64,000 bases of DNA, taken from Enterobacter phage phiT5282EW. The stretch lies in sequence record PQ352032.1. One strand, given 5' to 3'. Every line of letters begins with the position of its first letter. The stretch's first letter is position 1. The notes under the pieces were generated by a model, which worked only from the letters and a program-made list of their open reading frames with translations, was not told the origin of the DNA and did no database searches. A program made the translations under genes and the position numbers. Below, one piece after another: positions 33,646 through 42,842 of the stretch.

Positions 33646-33950
33646 TTCGGTCTCCTTGCTAACCAGAGAAGCTCAGCCGCCAGACACAGGCGGTCAGCCG
33701 TAGACTCAGGCATCTTGAGGCAGGGCTGCATAGGCACCTTGCGCGTCCAGATGTCATGGGGCTGCGTAGCCCAGCGCTGAATGGAGTTAAACGGGACGCC
33801 AGTCATTTCGCTGATAGCCTCAACGTCATGCCCGGACTGAAACAGCTTGCGGCAGATAGCGATGACCGCAGACGGGTACTGGTCATGCCGGACGGCACGC
33901 CCTCCGGTCAGCTCCGCGATCCGCTTATAGAGCGGGGCGCGGCGTTTCAT
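33642..33950 (-). CDS. putative HTH DNA-binding protein
   Basis: 102 aa with segment ISEMTGVPFNSIQRWA. Confidence 0.45.
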   Translation of the reverse strand: MKRRAPLYKRIAELTGGRAVRHDQYPSAVIAICRKLFQSGHDVEAISEMTGVPFNSIQRWATQPHDIWTRKVPMQPCLKMPESTADRLCLAAELLWLARRPK

Positions 33951-34138
33951 TCCCCTGCACCTTTGACAACCTCGCGCAACAGCGGGACAAGCGTCTTGAG
34001 GCCGCCCTGCTCGACAATCTTTTTCAGATGGTCGTTATCCAGCCCCTCGCAGATTTTAAGGGCCAGATACTGCCGCTCAGCGATGAATGTCACCACTTCT
34101 TCGGTAACAGGTTGGTCTGTGCCACCTTTAAGCACCAT
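33947..34138 (-). CDS. hypothetical protein
   Basis: Shortened to the internal ATG to limit overlap with the upstream gene. Confidence 0.35.
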   Translation of the reverse strand: MVLKGGTDQPVTEEVVTFIAERQYLALKICEGLDNDHLKKIVEQGGLKTLVPLLREVVKGAGE

Positions 34139-34364
34139 GGGTTGATTCCTTGCGTAATAGCCGGACGTAATAGACCAGCCATGATTTCGGGGTGATGGTG
34201 CCGGGCAACATAGCCGGAAGTTGGGCCACATGCTTATCCAGCACCTCAGTGATTATGGCGTCCCGCGAAGTGGCGGGATTAGCCTCAATGCGTTGCAGCA
34301 TTTCAGCCCGGCATAACCGGGCCCGTTGCCGCAGCGCATTTTTCAGCTCCTGCGGCAGTGCCAT
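34128..34364 (-). CDS. hypothetical protein
   Basis: 78-aa ORF. Confidence 0.4.
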   Translation of the reverse strand: MALPQELKNALRQRARLCRAEMLQRIEANPATSRDAIITEVLDKHVAQLPAMLPGTITPKSWLVYYVRLLRKESTHGA

Positions 34365-34909
34365 TATTGCGCCGGGGCCTGCGCGTCACCATCAAGCGGG
34401 TGCGCAGCAGGATCAGCGGTCGCGCCAGCTCCTACCAGCTCGTTTTCCGGCCCAGCCACTTCCGGCTTTGGGGTGGCAACATCTGCTGGGTTAGCCTGCC
34501 AGCGACGATAGAGATCCATCGCTTTGGCCTGCTCCTCAGCACGCTTCTGGAAATGCTCGCCAAACTCGCGCGGGTAGAACCAGACATCAGCGATCAGGTT
34601 GCCGATGCCAATAATCTGATTCCCCTGAATAGCGATACGGCACGCCTGACCATTCAGCGCTTCCCATGTAGCCACACCAACGGTGTTCAGCACGCGACCG
34701 ATGTACGAGATACCGAAAGCAGTCTCCTGGTCTTCCTGCTCCATTGACTGCGCATCAGCGTGCAGGATGTAGCCGCCAAAGTTAACGCCCAGATTAGCCG
34801 CTTTCAGCTGAATGGACGAATTCATGGTAGAGCCATCCCAGCCCAGCTGGGTGTTAACGATACGGGCGTTGAGCACCTCAACCGGGCGCGGGTCAATACT
34901 TTGTTCCAT
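34364..34909 (-). CDS. hypothetical protein
   Basis: 181-aa ORF. Confidence 0.5.
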   Translation of the reverse strand: MEQSIDPRPVEVLNARIVNTQLGWDGSTMNSSIQLKAANLGVNFGGYILHADAQSMEQEDQETAFGISYIGRVLNTVGVATWEALNGQACRIAIQGNQIIGIGNLIADVWFYPREFGEHFQKRAEEQAKAMDLYRRWQANPADVATPKPEVAGPENELVGAGATADPAAHPLDGDAQAPAQ

Positions 34910-34918
34910 GGTCGATCC

Positions 34919-35281
34919 TTATCTGGTTTGCTTTGAGTGTTCGAGCTCGGCAAGTGCCTCACTCATCTTTTCGAGTGCTTCAATCATCTGCCCGCTGGCT
35001 GACAGTGGGCCACGCGTGCTGGCCTGTTCTGTCAGCAGCTTGCAGGCATCAACAACCTTCCTGATAGCTGGCAGGGAGCCCATAGACAGCATCTGCATGA
35101 AATAGAACTCCCCCGGCATGATGGTTGACAGCATTTCGCCGCTGCCTGCCGGATCTCTGCGGCCCTCCTCCTTGCGCTGGTAATTGCGAAGGGTATGGCC
35201 CAGCAGGTCAGCCATTGCCTGCTGCGTCATGCCTGCGGCAATGCGGGCCTCACGTACTTCTGCCCCGGTGATTTTAATCAT
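34919..35281 (-). CDS. XRE/Cro-type HTH transcriptional regulator
   Basis: TGAEVREARIAAGMTQQAMADLLGHTLRNYQRKEEG helix-turn-helix. Confidence 0.6.
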   Translation of the reverse strand: MIKITGAEVREARIAAGMTQQAMADLLGHTLRNYQRKEEGRRDPAGSGEMLSTIMPGEFYFMQMLSMGSLPAIRKVVDACKLLTEQASTRGPLSASGQMIEALEKMSEALAELEHSKQTR

Positions 35282-35327
35282 TGATGTTTCCTGCTTAGTT
35301 CAAAGGTACGGCAAGTGTAGCACGTCA

Positions 35328-35798
35328 TCACTGACGCAATCCAGCATTCTGGTAATTCGCATACTTGGCGTCGGTTGCCATTTCATCCAGCATCGTCCGC
35401 AGGCCGCTGACGCCGTGACGCATGATCCCGAAATGAAGGGCAGCGTGCAGGAATACATCGGCGTTGTTGTCGCCTTGGCGATTGACGCGGGGGATGATGG
35501 TCTTGCTGTTAGACATCCCGGTATCGACGGGGATGATGACCTGCCCGCCCAGCTGGGGAGCACGCTCGCCCGGCAGCATATCGCGCAGCCAGCGCTTGCA
35601 CGCGATGGCCTGCTCCAGCGCCTTCTCAGCCGTGCGGTGCTCGCTGACGGTGACGGCGTGGCACAGCGCCCCGTTAACCATGCCGGACAGGATGACGCGA
35701 CGGCCTTTAGTCGCCACAATCAGATCCGCGTAACCTTCGGCCTTGGCCTGCTTCACGCACGCGGCGAGGTGGTGTTTGCTTGGTGCGCTCTTAGCCAT
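35328..35798 (-). CDS. hypothetical protein (Rossmann-like?)
   Basis: 156 aa. The stop codon lies inside an ACGTCATCACTGACG motif. Confidence 0.45.
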   Translation of the reverse strand: MAKSAPSKHHLAACVKQAKAEGYADLIVATKGRRVILSGMVNGALCHAVTVSEHRTAEKALEQAIACKRWLRDMLPGERAPQLGGQVIIPVDTGMSNSKTIIPRVNRQGDNNADVFLHAALHFGIMRHGVSGLRTMLDEMATDAKYANYQNAGLRQ

Positions 35799-36078
35799 TC
35801 TCGCGGTCTCCTCGGATTGCCAGAATCATATCGTGTGCGAACTCGGCACCTTCCAGCGTCTTGAGATACTTCTCAGCTTTTTCCTGGTCGAATTCATCAA
35901 ATACCTTATCGCGGTTGCCTTCGCCCACTTCCCCCTCAGGGAATGAGAAACCCATATCCAGCTCAGCATCCTGAGCCATAACAATCAGGGACAGCTTTGG
36001 GCGGTCGTCATCATCGAATGACTTCTTAACGAGCAGCTGGCGACCGTGCGCCTCGAATACTTTTGCAAAACGTTCCAT
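35791..36078 (-). CDS. hypothetical acidic protein
   Basis: Start at ATG 36078 with GAGGAG SD at -7. Confidence 0.5.
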   Translation of the reverse strand: MERFAKVFEAHGRQLLVKKSFDDDDRPKLSLIVMAQDAELDMGFSFPEGEVGEGNRDKVFDEFDQEKAEKYLKTLEGAEFAHDMILAIRGDRENG

Positions 36079-36082
36079 GGGG

Positions 36083-36628
36083 TTACTCCTCAGTTGGGTT
36101 GAACTCTTTAAACAGATCTTTGCGCTTGGCTTCTGCCCATTCGCCAGCCTCAGCCGCTGAGGCAAATCCGTTTTGTCGGTGGCGAACTTTCTCAAATCTT
36201 ACCTCCGCATTCCAGCTACCTCGGCGCTTGTCGAAAGTCACACCTCGGAATCCAGAGGTGTTTTTTGCGTGCGTCTTGGTGTTGGCCCTGTTTTGCGACT
36301 GGGTAGCACGCCGCAGGTTTTCAAAGGCGTTATCGTGGCGAATCCTGTTCTTATGGTCGATATGTAGGAGCCACTCGCCAGTTTTGAAGTACCACGCCAG
36401 CGTATGTCCATATAGGGCCTTTCCTCGGTAGCCGATAGTCACATACCCGGTGACGTTATGGATATGCCCGGCGACCTCGCCTGCCTTCACCTGCCGACGC
36501 TTCTGGTCTACTAACCAAACGAAAACGCCTGAGGTCTCGTCATAGCTCAGGACAGAGGTCAACTCAGATAACGGAAAAGGGGCCGAAGCCCCTTTAGTTT
36601 GGATGGCATTACCATCCATAGGAAACAC
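36083..36628 (-). CDS. HNH homing endonuclease with AP2 DNA-binding domain
   Basis: HIDHKNRIRHDNAFENL (HNH) and SGFRGVTFDKRRGSWNAEVRF (AP2). Confidence 0.7.
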   Translation of the reverse strand: MFPMDGNAIQTKGASAPFPLSELTSVLSYDETSGVFVWLVDQKRRQVKAGEVAGHIHNVTGYVTIGYRGKALYGHTLAWYFKTGEWLLHIDHKNRIRHDNAFENLRRATQSQNRANTKTHAKNTSGFRGVTFDKRRGSWNAEVRFEKVRHRQNGFASAAEAGEWAEAKRKDLFKEFNPTEE

Positions 36629-37946
36629 CTGCCCCGATCACAAAGTTATGCTGGGTGTCGTTTGACACGGACGCCTTAACAACGGTGTTCTGTGAAGCGC
36701 GGGCAGAGAAGCCCACAGCCAGCGCAGACTCGCCATCAGTGTTACCAGCGCCAGCGCCGATAGCAAAGGTCTGGTGCTCCAGTACCTGCGGGATGTTAGC
36801 CATGGCGGCGACGCCTGCGATACCAGCCGACGCACGTTTGCGGTTGTCATCGATCTGCTTGTTCAGGTCGGCAAACTTGCTATTGGTCTGCGATTCCAGC
36901 CCCTGAATGCGCTGCTCATGGTTGGCAATATCGGCGGTGTTCTGGGCTACACGCTTATTGGTCGCATCCAGAGCCTGACGGTTCGCCTCAGAGTGGGCAT
37001 ACGCTGCATCAGCGCGAGACTGCGCATACGCGCCAGTGTCCTGCGCCTGTTTCACGCCAGCGCTCAGCGTGGTGAACTGGCTTGAGCGGGTGGAGGTCTC
37101 AGCCGCCAGAGCGGAATCCTGACGCTGCTGGTCTACAGCAAAATCAGCCTGGTTGACTTTGGTCGCCAGAGAATTGGTGTTGCTGGTAATGCGCAGGTCA
37201 TGGTCAGCCAGTGCCGCATCATGCTGCTGGTCGGCAGCTTTGCGGTCATTGGTCTCATTGGTAAGAGCCACGCCGTTACCCACTACGCCAGCCAGAGCCG
37301 CATCGGATTTGGTGTTGCTTTCAGTGATCGCGGTGTCCTGACGGGCCTGATCCGCTACAAAGTCAGTCGCATTGACTTTGGTCGCCAGACCAGCATCCAG
37401 CTCCGGCTTGGTGGCAAAGGTTCCAGCCTTAGTTTGCAGGTCGATGATGGCAGAGCCATTGGTGGCTACGCCTGCCAGTGCGGCATCCGCTTTATCACTA
37501 TTCGTGGAGATCAGTGCATCCTGATCGTTGTCGCGGACTGACTGCGCGGCCTTATCGGCATCATACGCGGTCTGGTCTACCTTACCAGTCAGACCATTCA
37601 ATGCCGCCTGCGCATCGGTCTTGGCAGAGCCTGCCAGATTCAAAGCAGAGCTCGCTTCCTGCTGTGCGGCGTCCGCTTTCTGGTCAACGGCGATCACACC
37701 CAGCTTGGTGCTTTGCAGGTCGGCATCCACACTGGTGATGCGGTCGCCAAGTTGAGTATCGCGGGTTTCAGAGTCCAGCTTGTTCTGGGTGATTTGGTTC
37801 TGGTGATCGTTGATCAGGTTGCTGGTTGCATTTGCGCGGGCGTCCTGAATGCGGTCATATGCAGACGGGGACGGATTCGGAGAAGCAATCGCTGCGGAGG
37901 TGGTAGCAGTAAAGGTCAGAGCGATAGCCAGCTTGGTCAGTTTCAT
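36609..37946 (-). CDS. trimeric autotransporter adhesin, YadA/Eib-like
   Basis: Signal peptide MKLTKLAIALTFTATTSAAIA. Long coiled-coil stalk with repeats (TKVNATDFVADQARQD / TKVNQADFAVDQQRQD). C-terminal YadA-type beta-barrel anchor ending ...FVIGAGVSYGW. Confidence 0.75.
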   Translation of the reverse strand: MKLTKLAIALTFTATTSAAIASPNPSPSAYDRIQDARANATSNLINDHQNQITQNKLDSETRDTQLGDRITSVDADLQSTKLGVIAVDQKADAAQQEASSALNLAGSAKTDAQAALNGLTGKVDQTAYDADKAAQSVRDNDQDALISTNSDKADAALAGVATNGSAIIDLQTKAGTFATKPELDAGLATKVNATDFVADQARQDTAITESNTKSDAALAGVVGNGVALTNETNDRKAADQQHDAALADHDLRITSNTNSLATKVNQADFAVDQQRQDSALAAETSTRSSQFTTLSAGVKQAQDTGAYAQSRADAAYAHSEANRQALDATNKRVAQNTADIANHEQRIQGLESQTNSKFADLNKQIDDNRKRASAGIAGVAAMANIPQVLEHQTFAIGAGAGNTDGESALAVGFSARASQNTVVKASVSNDTQHNFVIGAGVSYGW

Positions 37947-38000
37947 TTAAAGCCTCATTATTAGGTGGTTTATTGGGTGTTTCCCGTGTTGACGAGGAGA

Positions 38001-38029
38001 ACTATACGGCACGCATGACGCGTCCGCAA
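38001..38029 (-). promoter_or_regulatory. sigma70-type promoter, ACGTCA-box family (h), drives autotransporter gene
   Basis: Minus strand: TTGCGG-ACGCGTCATGCGTGCCG-TATAGT. Confidence 0.5.
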
Positions 38030-38129
38030 TAGCGCAATGATAAATTTTCCGTATTATTTCGCTGGAATGATTCAGGGGACTGATTGGAAAGGATATTTAT
38101 TTTAGCCCCCGTGGGCTGGGGGCTAAAGA

Positions 38130-38345
38130 TTAGCGCGGGATGAATGGCTTCTGGGTGAAGACCTCAGTCTGAGGGAAGTCAAAAGAGACCTCCGGTGCCA
38201 TTGCCTGAGAAGGCAGTGACTTGATGTGCTGAGATCCATCTGGCAGGAATACGCCAGCAAGGTAACGCGGCACCTGAATGACGTTTGCAGCCAGTGCATA
38301 GCCCGGTGGTGCTGCGGGATTAACGGTATCGTCGATTGTAGCCAT
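38130..38345 (-). CDS. hypothetical protein
   Basis: 71-aa ORF. Confidence 0.4.
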   Translation of the reverse strand: MATIDDTVNPAAPPGYALAANVIQVPRYLAGVFLPDGSQHIKSLPSQAMAPEVSFDFPQTEVFTQKPFIPR

Positions 38346-38390
38346 GGGTAAAAAGCCCTCGTTGTGTCTGAGGGCTCCAGTATGCCGTCA

Positions 38391-38612
38391 CTACCTCCGG
38401 CGATTAATCTCATGGTACAGCGCAGCCATAAAAATACCGATGGCGACGGGCCAGCACAGCATGACCATCAGCAGCGTCTGGGGTGGCATCTTCTTCCCGG
38501 CGATCCCCATTTTGTCTGAGATGAAGTCAATCATGATAACTGCTGCGCCTATCAGCAGCGCGACAGCACCGTACACTTGCAGCTTCTCCAGCCAGAATTC
38601 ACTCACTGCCAT
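38391..38612 (-). CDS. small membrane protein
   Basis: 73 aa with 2 TM segments. Confidence 0.45.
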   Translation of the reverse strand: MAVSEFWLEKLQVYGAVALLIGAAVIMIDFISDKMGIAGKKMPPQTLLMVMLCWPVAIGIFMAALYHEINRRR

Positions 38613-38800
38613 GGCTCCTCATACCAGGTGGAAAGCGCCACATATGCGGTGACGGGCCAGAGCGCCGCCTGAATGAGCAGGAAGCCCACGGCCTTACGCT
38701 TCGGGTGCATACGCGGCACCCATTTGCGCAGGCCCAGCAGCAGCACCACTAAAAAGCCAGCCCAGTACAGGGCCAGCGATACGATGATTTCAGTCTGCAT
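38603..38800 (-). CDS. small membrane protein
   Basis: 65 aa with 2 TM segments. Confidence 0.45.
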   Translation of the reverse strand: MQTEIIVSLALYWAGFLVVLLLGLRKWVPRMHPKRKAVGFLLIQAALWPVTAYVALSTWYEEPWQ

Positions 38801-39077
38801 TGTGCAATGCCTTCCCGATCCGCTCGATGCCTTTCAGCGCCTGCTCCAGATTGTCAAAGCCTGCGGCCTTCACCATCTGGTCGATGCGCTCAACGGCGTC
38901 TGTCATCTGGTTGCCCATGTCCAGCAGCAGGATAACCAGCTCAGGCCGGACGATATCGACAAATTGCCGCACCGCAGCACGCCCGGCTAACGTGTCCTGC
39001 CAGTCTCCGTGGATGGATGACAGCACGGTGGCCGCCACGCGCATCTTCACCTCATGCTCCGGCGTGATGTCGGTCAT
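38790..39077 (-). CDS. hypothetical protein
   Basis: Start at ATG 39077 (MTDITPE), with an ATGA overlap. Confidence 0.45.
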   Translation of the reverse strand: MTDITPEHEVKMRVAATVLSSIHGDWQDTLAGRAAVRQFVDIVRPELVILLLDMGNQMTDAVERIDQMVKAAGFDNLEQALKGIERIGKALHNAD

Positions 39078-39571
39078 CGGCGCACGGGGTTCAGCTTTGT
39101 GAATCGGTCGCGCGGCTTCGCGTTGTCCACGATAGCTTTGACGATGGCCTGCGCTTCTTCTCGCGCCGGGGCGCTGTCTTGGTCGTTGGCTCGGTACTGG
39201 CAAAGCAAATCCTCCATGGCTTTCATCACGGCGTCCCGCTGGGCTTCCAGCAGGTCGATTTTGTCTTGTTGTTTTTGGTGGCGCTGGTACGAGTGCCAGT
39301 TACCGCCTTGGCGCATACTCAGCTGGATATCGCGCACCTCATCCGGCGTCAGCACAGTCAGCGGCTGAGCCGGGGTGAGGATCATGCAGTTGTTTTCCCA
39401 GTCCATGCCGCGCATCAGGGCTTGCGCCTCGACGTGCGGGATCGGGCCCATCGTGCTGTCACGCGGGATGACAGGGATGATCAGGCGCTCAGCCGGGTGA
39501 TGGCTGCGGGAATTGTCCGCCAGTGCTTCGAGGGCTTTGGCGGCGGTAATCGGTTCAAGCGGTCGGGCCAT
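39074..39571 (-). CDS. hypothetical protein
   Basis: Start at ATG 39571 with GGAGA SD. Confidence 0.45.
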   Translation of the reverse strand: MARPLEPITAAKALEALADNSRSHHPAERLIIPVIPRDSTMGPIPHVEAQALMRGMDWENNCMILTPAQPLTVLTPDEVRDIQLSMRQGGNWHSYQRHQKQQDKIDLLEAQRDAVMKAMEDLLCQYRANDQDSAPAREEAQAIVKAIVDNAKPRDRFTKLNPVRR

Positions 39572-39938
39572 TAGGTTTCTCCGGTTGATAGATAACTGAT
39601 TCAATCCAGTGGGCATCATCCCCCATGCAGTGACATTTGCTCTCCAGCGGCTCATCCAGTCCCTCAGCCTCGCAGGAGGAGCAGGTGAACAGCTTGCGCG
39701 GGTTGCCTAACGTTGCGTGCTGCATTCTCATGGCGACGCGCATACGCTGGTTTTCTTCCTGCGTCTCTTTCAGCTCATCCAGCAGGGACTTGATGCGCTC
39801 GGCGTTCCATTCCTCATCGGTCTGGTCGTACAGCTTGCACGCGCCCATGTAGTCATTCGGGCTTTCGCGCTTATGCTCGATGATCTCCACGGCGAGGTCA
39901 TACATGCGCTGCTTGTCAGCCTGGCTGATTCTGCTCAT
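39555..39938 (-). CDS. hypothetical protein (Cys/His-containing)
   Basis: 127-aa ORF. Confidence 0.45.
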   Translation of the reverse strand: MSRISQADKQRMYDLAVEIIEHKRESPNDYMGACKLYDQTDEEWNAERIKSLLDELKETQEENQRMRVAMRMQHATLGNPRKLFTCSSCEAEGLDEPLESKCHCMGDDAHWIESVIYQPEKPNGPTA

Positions 39939-40248
39939 CCTGCTCTCCTAGTGCATATTTCAGGTAGTCAGTATCGCCAGTTTCCCGGTGCGCCAGATTG
40001 CCGACGCTGTTTGTGACAAACTGGCCTTTCGGCAGGTAGACGCGCGGGAACAGGTCATGCCATTGTCCCTCGGTGATGGTTTTGCTGCCGTTTTTCAGAT
40101 GCGTCGGCCCGCAGGCGCTGCACAGGCGCTTACCCTCCAGCTCCGGCGCATAGCTCCAGTCAAACGAGCTCGGTGCGTGGTAGAACATACCTACGCCGCA
40201 CGCGGTGTTTTCCGCACAGCCGCAGCGCTCACATTGGAAGATGCTCAT
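39916..40248 (-). CDS. Cys-rich zinc-ribbon protein
   Basis: Start at ATG 40248 (MSIFQCERCGC...), with an ATGA overlap with the upstream membrane protein gene. Confidence 0.5.
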   Translation of the reverse strand: MSIFQCERCGCAENTACGVGMFYHAPSSFDWSYAPELEGKRLCSACGPTHLKNGSKTITEGQWHDLFPRVYLPKGQFVTNSVGNLAHRETGDTDYLKYALGEQDEQNQPG

Positions 40249-40442
40249 CAGTGAACTCCCAGAATCAAAATCGGTCGCAGCTTCGCCAGCACGGCAAAGC
40301 CGATAATCAGGTACGCCAGCAGCCAGACGACATCGCCCCAGCGAACGGTATGGTACCCGGCTACCTGCCAGCGGTGCATCTGCCAGACAGGCAGCGCCAG
40401 AAAGCAGATGATCAGCGCCAGCATGACGCTTTGGCCTGTCAT
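40248..40442 (-). CDS. small membrane protein
   Basis: 64 aa with 2 TM segments. Confidence 0.45.
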   Translation of the reverse strand: MTGQSVMLALIICFLALPVWQMHRWQVAGYHTVRWGDVVWLLAYLIIGFAVLAKLRPILILGVH

Positions 40443-40804
40443 CGCGCTTTCTCCTCCTCAAGAATTTCCTCAATGATGCGCCCGGCTACCCACTTGCTCA
40501 GGTTCTTGCGGGACGGAAGTCGCTTATAGCGTCCTTTGCGCCCGTTACGTTGCCCGCGCTGGGCATTCCAGCGGCGCAGGGTTGGCGCGTTGATTTTGGG
40601 CGGCAGCTTGGTCGGTTGAAGGGCCAGCTGTAATGCGGCGAGATACTGCACGCAGCTCTCATCGACGTTAGCGTCTGGGCCGATGTTAAGCCCGGTCTCG
40701 TTATTGAGCACCTTGCGCACCAGCTCCAGCGGCATGTTGGCGATGCGTGCCGCCAGCTCCGGTTGGTGCTCATTGAGCCATGCGGTCAGGATTGCGCGGC
40801 TCAT
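40439..40804 (-). CDS. hypothetical basic protein
   Basis: 121-aa ORF. Confidence 0.45.
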   Translation of the reverse strand: MSRAILTAWLNEHQPELAARIANMPLELVRKVLNNETGLNIGPDANVDESCVQYLAALQLALQPTKLPPKINAPTLRRWNAQRGQRNGRKGRYKRLPSRKNLSKWVAGRIIEEILEEEKAR

Positions 40805-40878
40805 AAGCCTACTCCAGCAGGAATGGTCATCGTTGGAATCCTTGGGTAATGTGCCGGGCGGTGTGCCCGGCCTTGATG

Positions 40879-40908
40879 AGACAATAGCTGATTGTTTACG
40901 TCATGTAA
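40879..40908 (-). promoter_or_regulatory. possible promoter with TTACGTCA box (f)
   Basis: Minus strand: TTTACA-TGACGTAAACAATCAGC-TATTGT. Weaker match than the other family members. Confidence 0.3.
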
Positions 40909-40915
40909 AGCGTAA

Positions 40916-41455
40916 TTATTTGGCGCGTGTCAAAACTGCGCTGTAAGTGGTCATCGGGTGGATCTCGTAACAGCCATTGCAGAGCAGATGATGGTTGGTC
41001 ATGTGCAGATACCCGCAGCCATTGCAGCGCCATACATCAGCAGTCAGTGCATTGGTGCCACCCTCCCGCAGCCAGAGCGGTACGGCGGCGATCCGGTTGT
41101 GCAGCTCGCCAGCCTCCTCACAGCACTCGTTGTGCGCCATCGCCTCATTGCGCATGTCTTCCTCGGAACCAACGCAGCTCTCGGAGTAGTAAACCTTTCC
41201 GGTGTCCACGTACATCAGGCCCCACGTAAACGGCTCATTGCGGTCGGCAGCAGTGCAACGAGCCGCAAGCGCCTCGGCTTCCTCGGCAATGCGCTCGGCG
41301 TTTTTCAGGTGCTCGGATTTCGCGCGGGGTTTCAGCAGCTCCTCAGCGGCGTCCCGGTCGAAACCGGGCATCGCTGGCAGGCGGGCCACGACATCAGCAG
41401 GCAGGGCATCGATCCAGTCCAGCGCAGCGCGTGCTACATCGGCGGCAGTTTTCAT
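40916..41455 (-). CDS. hypothetical Cys-rich protein
   Basis: Start at ATG 41455 (MKTAADV), overlapping the upstream stop. Confidence 0.45.
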   Translation of the reverse strand: MKTAADVARAALDWIDALPADVVARLPAMPGFDRDAAEELLKPRAKSEHLKNAERIAEEAEALAARCTAADRNEPFTWGLMYVDTGKVYYSESCVGSEEDMRNEAMAHNECCEEAGELHNRIAAVPLWLREGGTNALTADVWRCNGCGYLHMTNHHLLCNGCYEIHPMTTYSAVLTRAK

Positions 41456-42540
41456 TTGGCAGTCCTCAGTTGGTTGATGACCTCCAGCACATCCTCCAGC
41501 GCGATGTGGGAAGTGGTGTACTTCTGCGGCAGCGCCTTGAGGTTGGAGATCAGGCGGTTGACTTCCACCACATCCGACTCCGGCGCGAGGCGACACATCA
41601 CCTCAGGCAGCTTGCAGTTGATCGGCTCGCCTGCGAACAGCGGCAGGACGTATAGCCCGCCAGTCTCGTTGCAGTGCTTCACCGCATCTTCCTCGCTCCA
41701 CAGGAGATAGGTCTGATATCCGTGGACATCCACCCAGAAGCGGGGGCGCGGGCGCAGTGCTTCTGCGATGGCGCGGATCAGACAGATGGCGTTGTCCTCG
41801 GTTGTGTCGCCCATCAGGTTCTGGATGGCTTCGTGAACATCAGCGCGGTCACTGATCCCTTTGTAGTCGTGCCAGCTCAGGCCAGTGTTGATGGGCTGGG
41901 TATCTTTCAGCACATAACGCAGCATTTCTTTCGCAGCGGCATGAGTCAGGAGGTTGGTGCCAGTGCGGTTGGTCGTACCGTCCTGATATTCGTTATCCGG
42001 TACAGGCCAGCGACAGAAGCGACCAGCGAGGGCGTCAAAGTCGAACTCCTTCGCATCCGGGATGGTGTCTGGCTTCGATGTCTTCCAGCCGTGATAGTGC
42101 ATAAACGCGGCATAGGCCATCACATCGCGCGGGTCGCCTTTCTGGATGTGGTGCATCAGCCCGGCGCGGCAATCGTCTTCCCAGTCGTTACGCATCCAGC
42201 CTACCGGGTCGGCCTTGCGCTTGTTCTGCGCGGCGAGCAGCTTATTGCCCAGCGCCTGCGCGGTATCGACGATCAGATACTGCGTCGAGCGGGCCAGCCC
42301 TTCCGGCAGCTTAACGGTGAAGTGTTCCATGCCATCAGAGCCCATGGCTGGCTCGGCTTTGCGGTTGGCATCGCGCAGCTGGTCGATCAGGGTGCGGATC
42401 AGTCCGCCGTAGTTCGGTGCCAGCGCCAACATGGCGTTATCCAGCTCATAGCCTGCGTCGGTGGAGTGCTCGCCAGCGGCCTCAGCTGACACTGCTTTCT
42501 CGTACAGGTCAGCCAGTTGTTGCTCGGTGTAGGTGCTCAT
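41452..42540 (-). CDS. hypothetical protein (362 aa)
   Basis: Long ORF of unknown function. Confidence 0.5.
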   Translation of the reverse strand: MSTYTEQQLADLYEKAVSAEAAGEHSTDAGYELDNAMLALAPNYGGLIRTLIDQLRDANRKAEPAMGSDGMEHFTVKLPEGLARSTQYLIVDTAQALGNKLLAAQNKRKADPVGWMRNDWEDDCRAGLMHHIQKGDPRDVMAYAAFMHYHGWKTSKPDTIPDAKEFDFDALAGRFCRWPVPDNEYQDGTTNRTGTNLLTHAAAKEMLRYVLKDTQPINTGLSWHDYKGISDRADVHEAIQNLMGDTTEDNAICLIRAIAEALRPRPRFWVDVHGYQTYLLWSEEDAVKHCNETGGLYVLPLFAGEPINCKLPEVMCRLAPESDVVEVNRLISNLKALPQKYTTSHIALEDVLEVINQLRTAK

Positions 42541-42842
42541 TCGGTTCGATCCTTGGTCAGTTTGAGAATCATCAGCCCGGTATCAGTCAGGCCCACGTAG
42601 TAGAACTTGGTCGGCTCTTGGCCCCGGTCGATGTTGAACTTAATCAGGCCCAGCCGGAACAGCACGGGGATGCTGGGCGCATTGATTGGCGTCGTGGTTC
42701 GGAATACGTACCCGCGACGATTGCCAAAGTCGGGGCGGTTCTCAATCCCCTTCTTGCGGTCGCCGCGCAGACTGTATCGGGTGCCATTCGCCATGCGGCG
42801 CAAGGTGTAAACCTGCGCCATGGTCAGTTTGGGGGCCTTCAT
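42537..42842 (-). CDS. hypothetical protein
   Basis: 101-aa ORF. Confidence 0.45.
   Translation of the reverse strand: MKAPKLTMAQVYTLRRMANGTRYSLRGDRKKGIENRPDFGNRRGYVFRTTTPINAPSIPVLFRLGLIKFNIDRGQEPTKFYYVGLTDTGLMILKLTKDRTE

Noticed and set aside
38099-38125. GC-rich hairpin TAGCCCCC-gtgggct-GGGGGCTA after the 38130 gene
   Set aside because: No U-tract follows it on either strand (the T-run precedes it), so it is not called an intrinsic terminator. It may be an RNA stability element.
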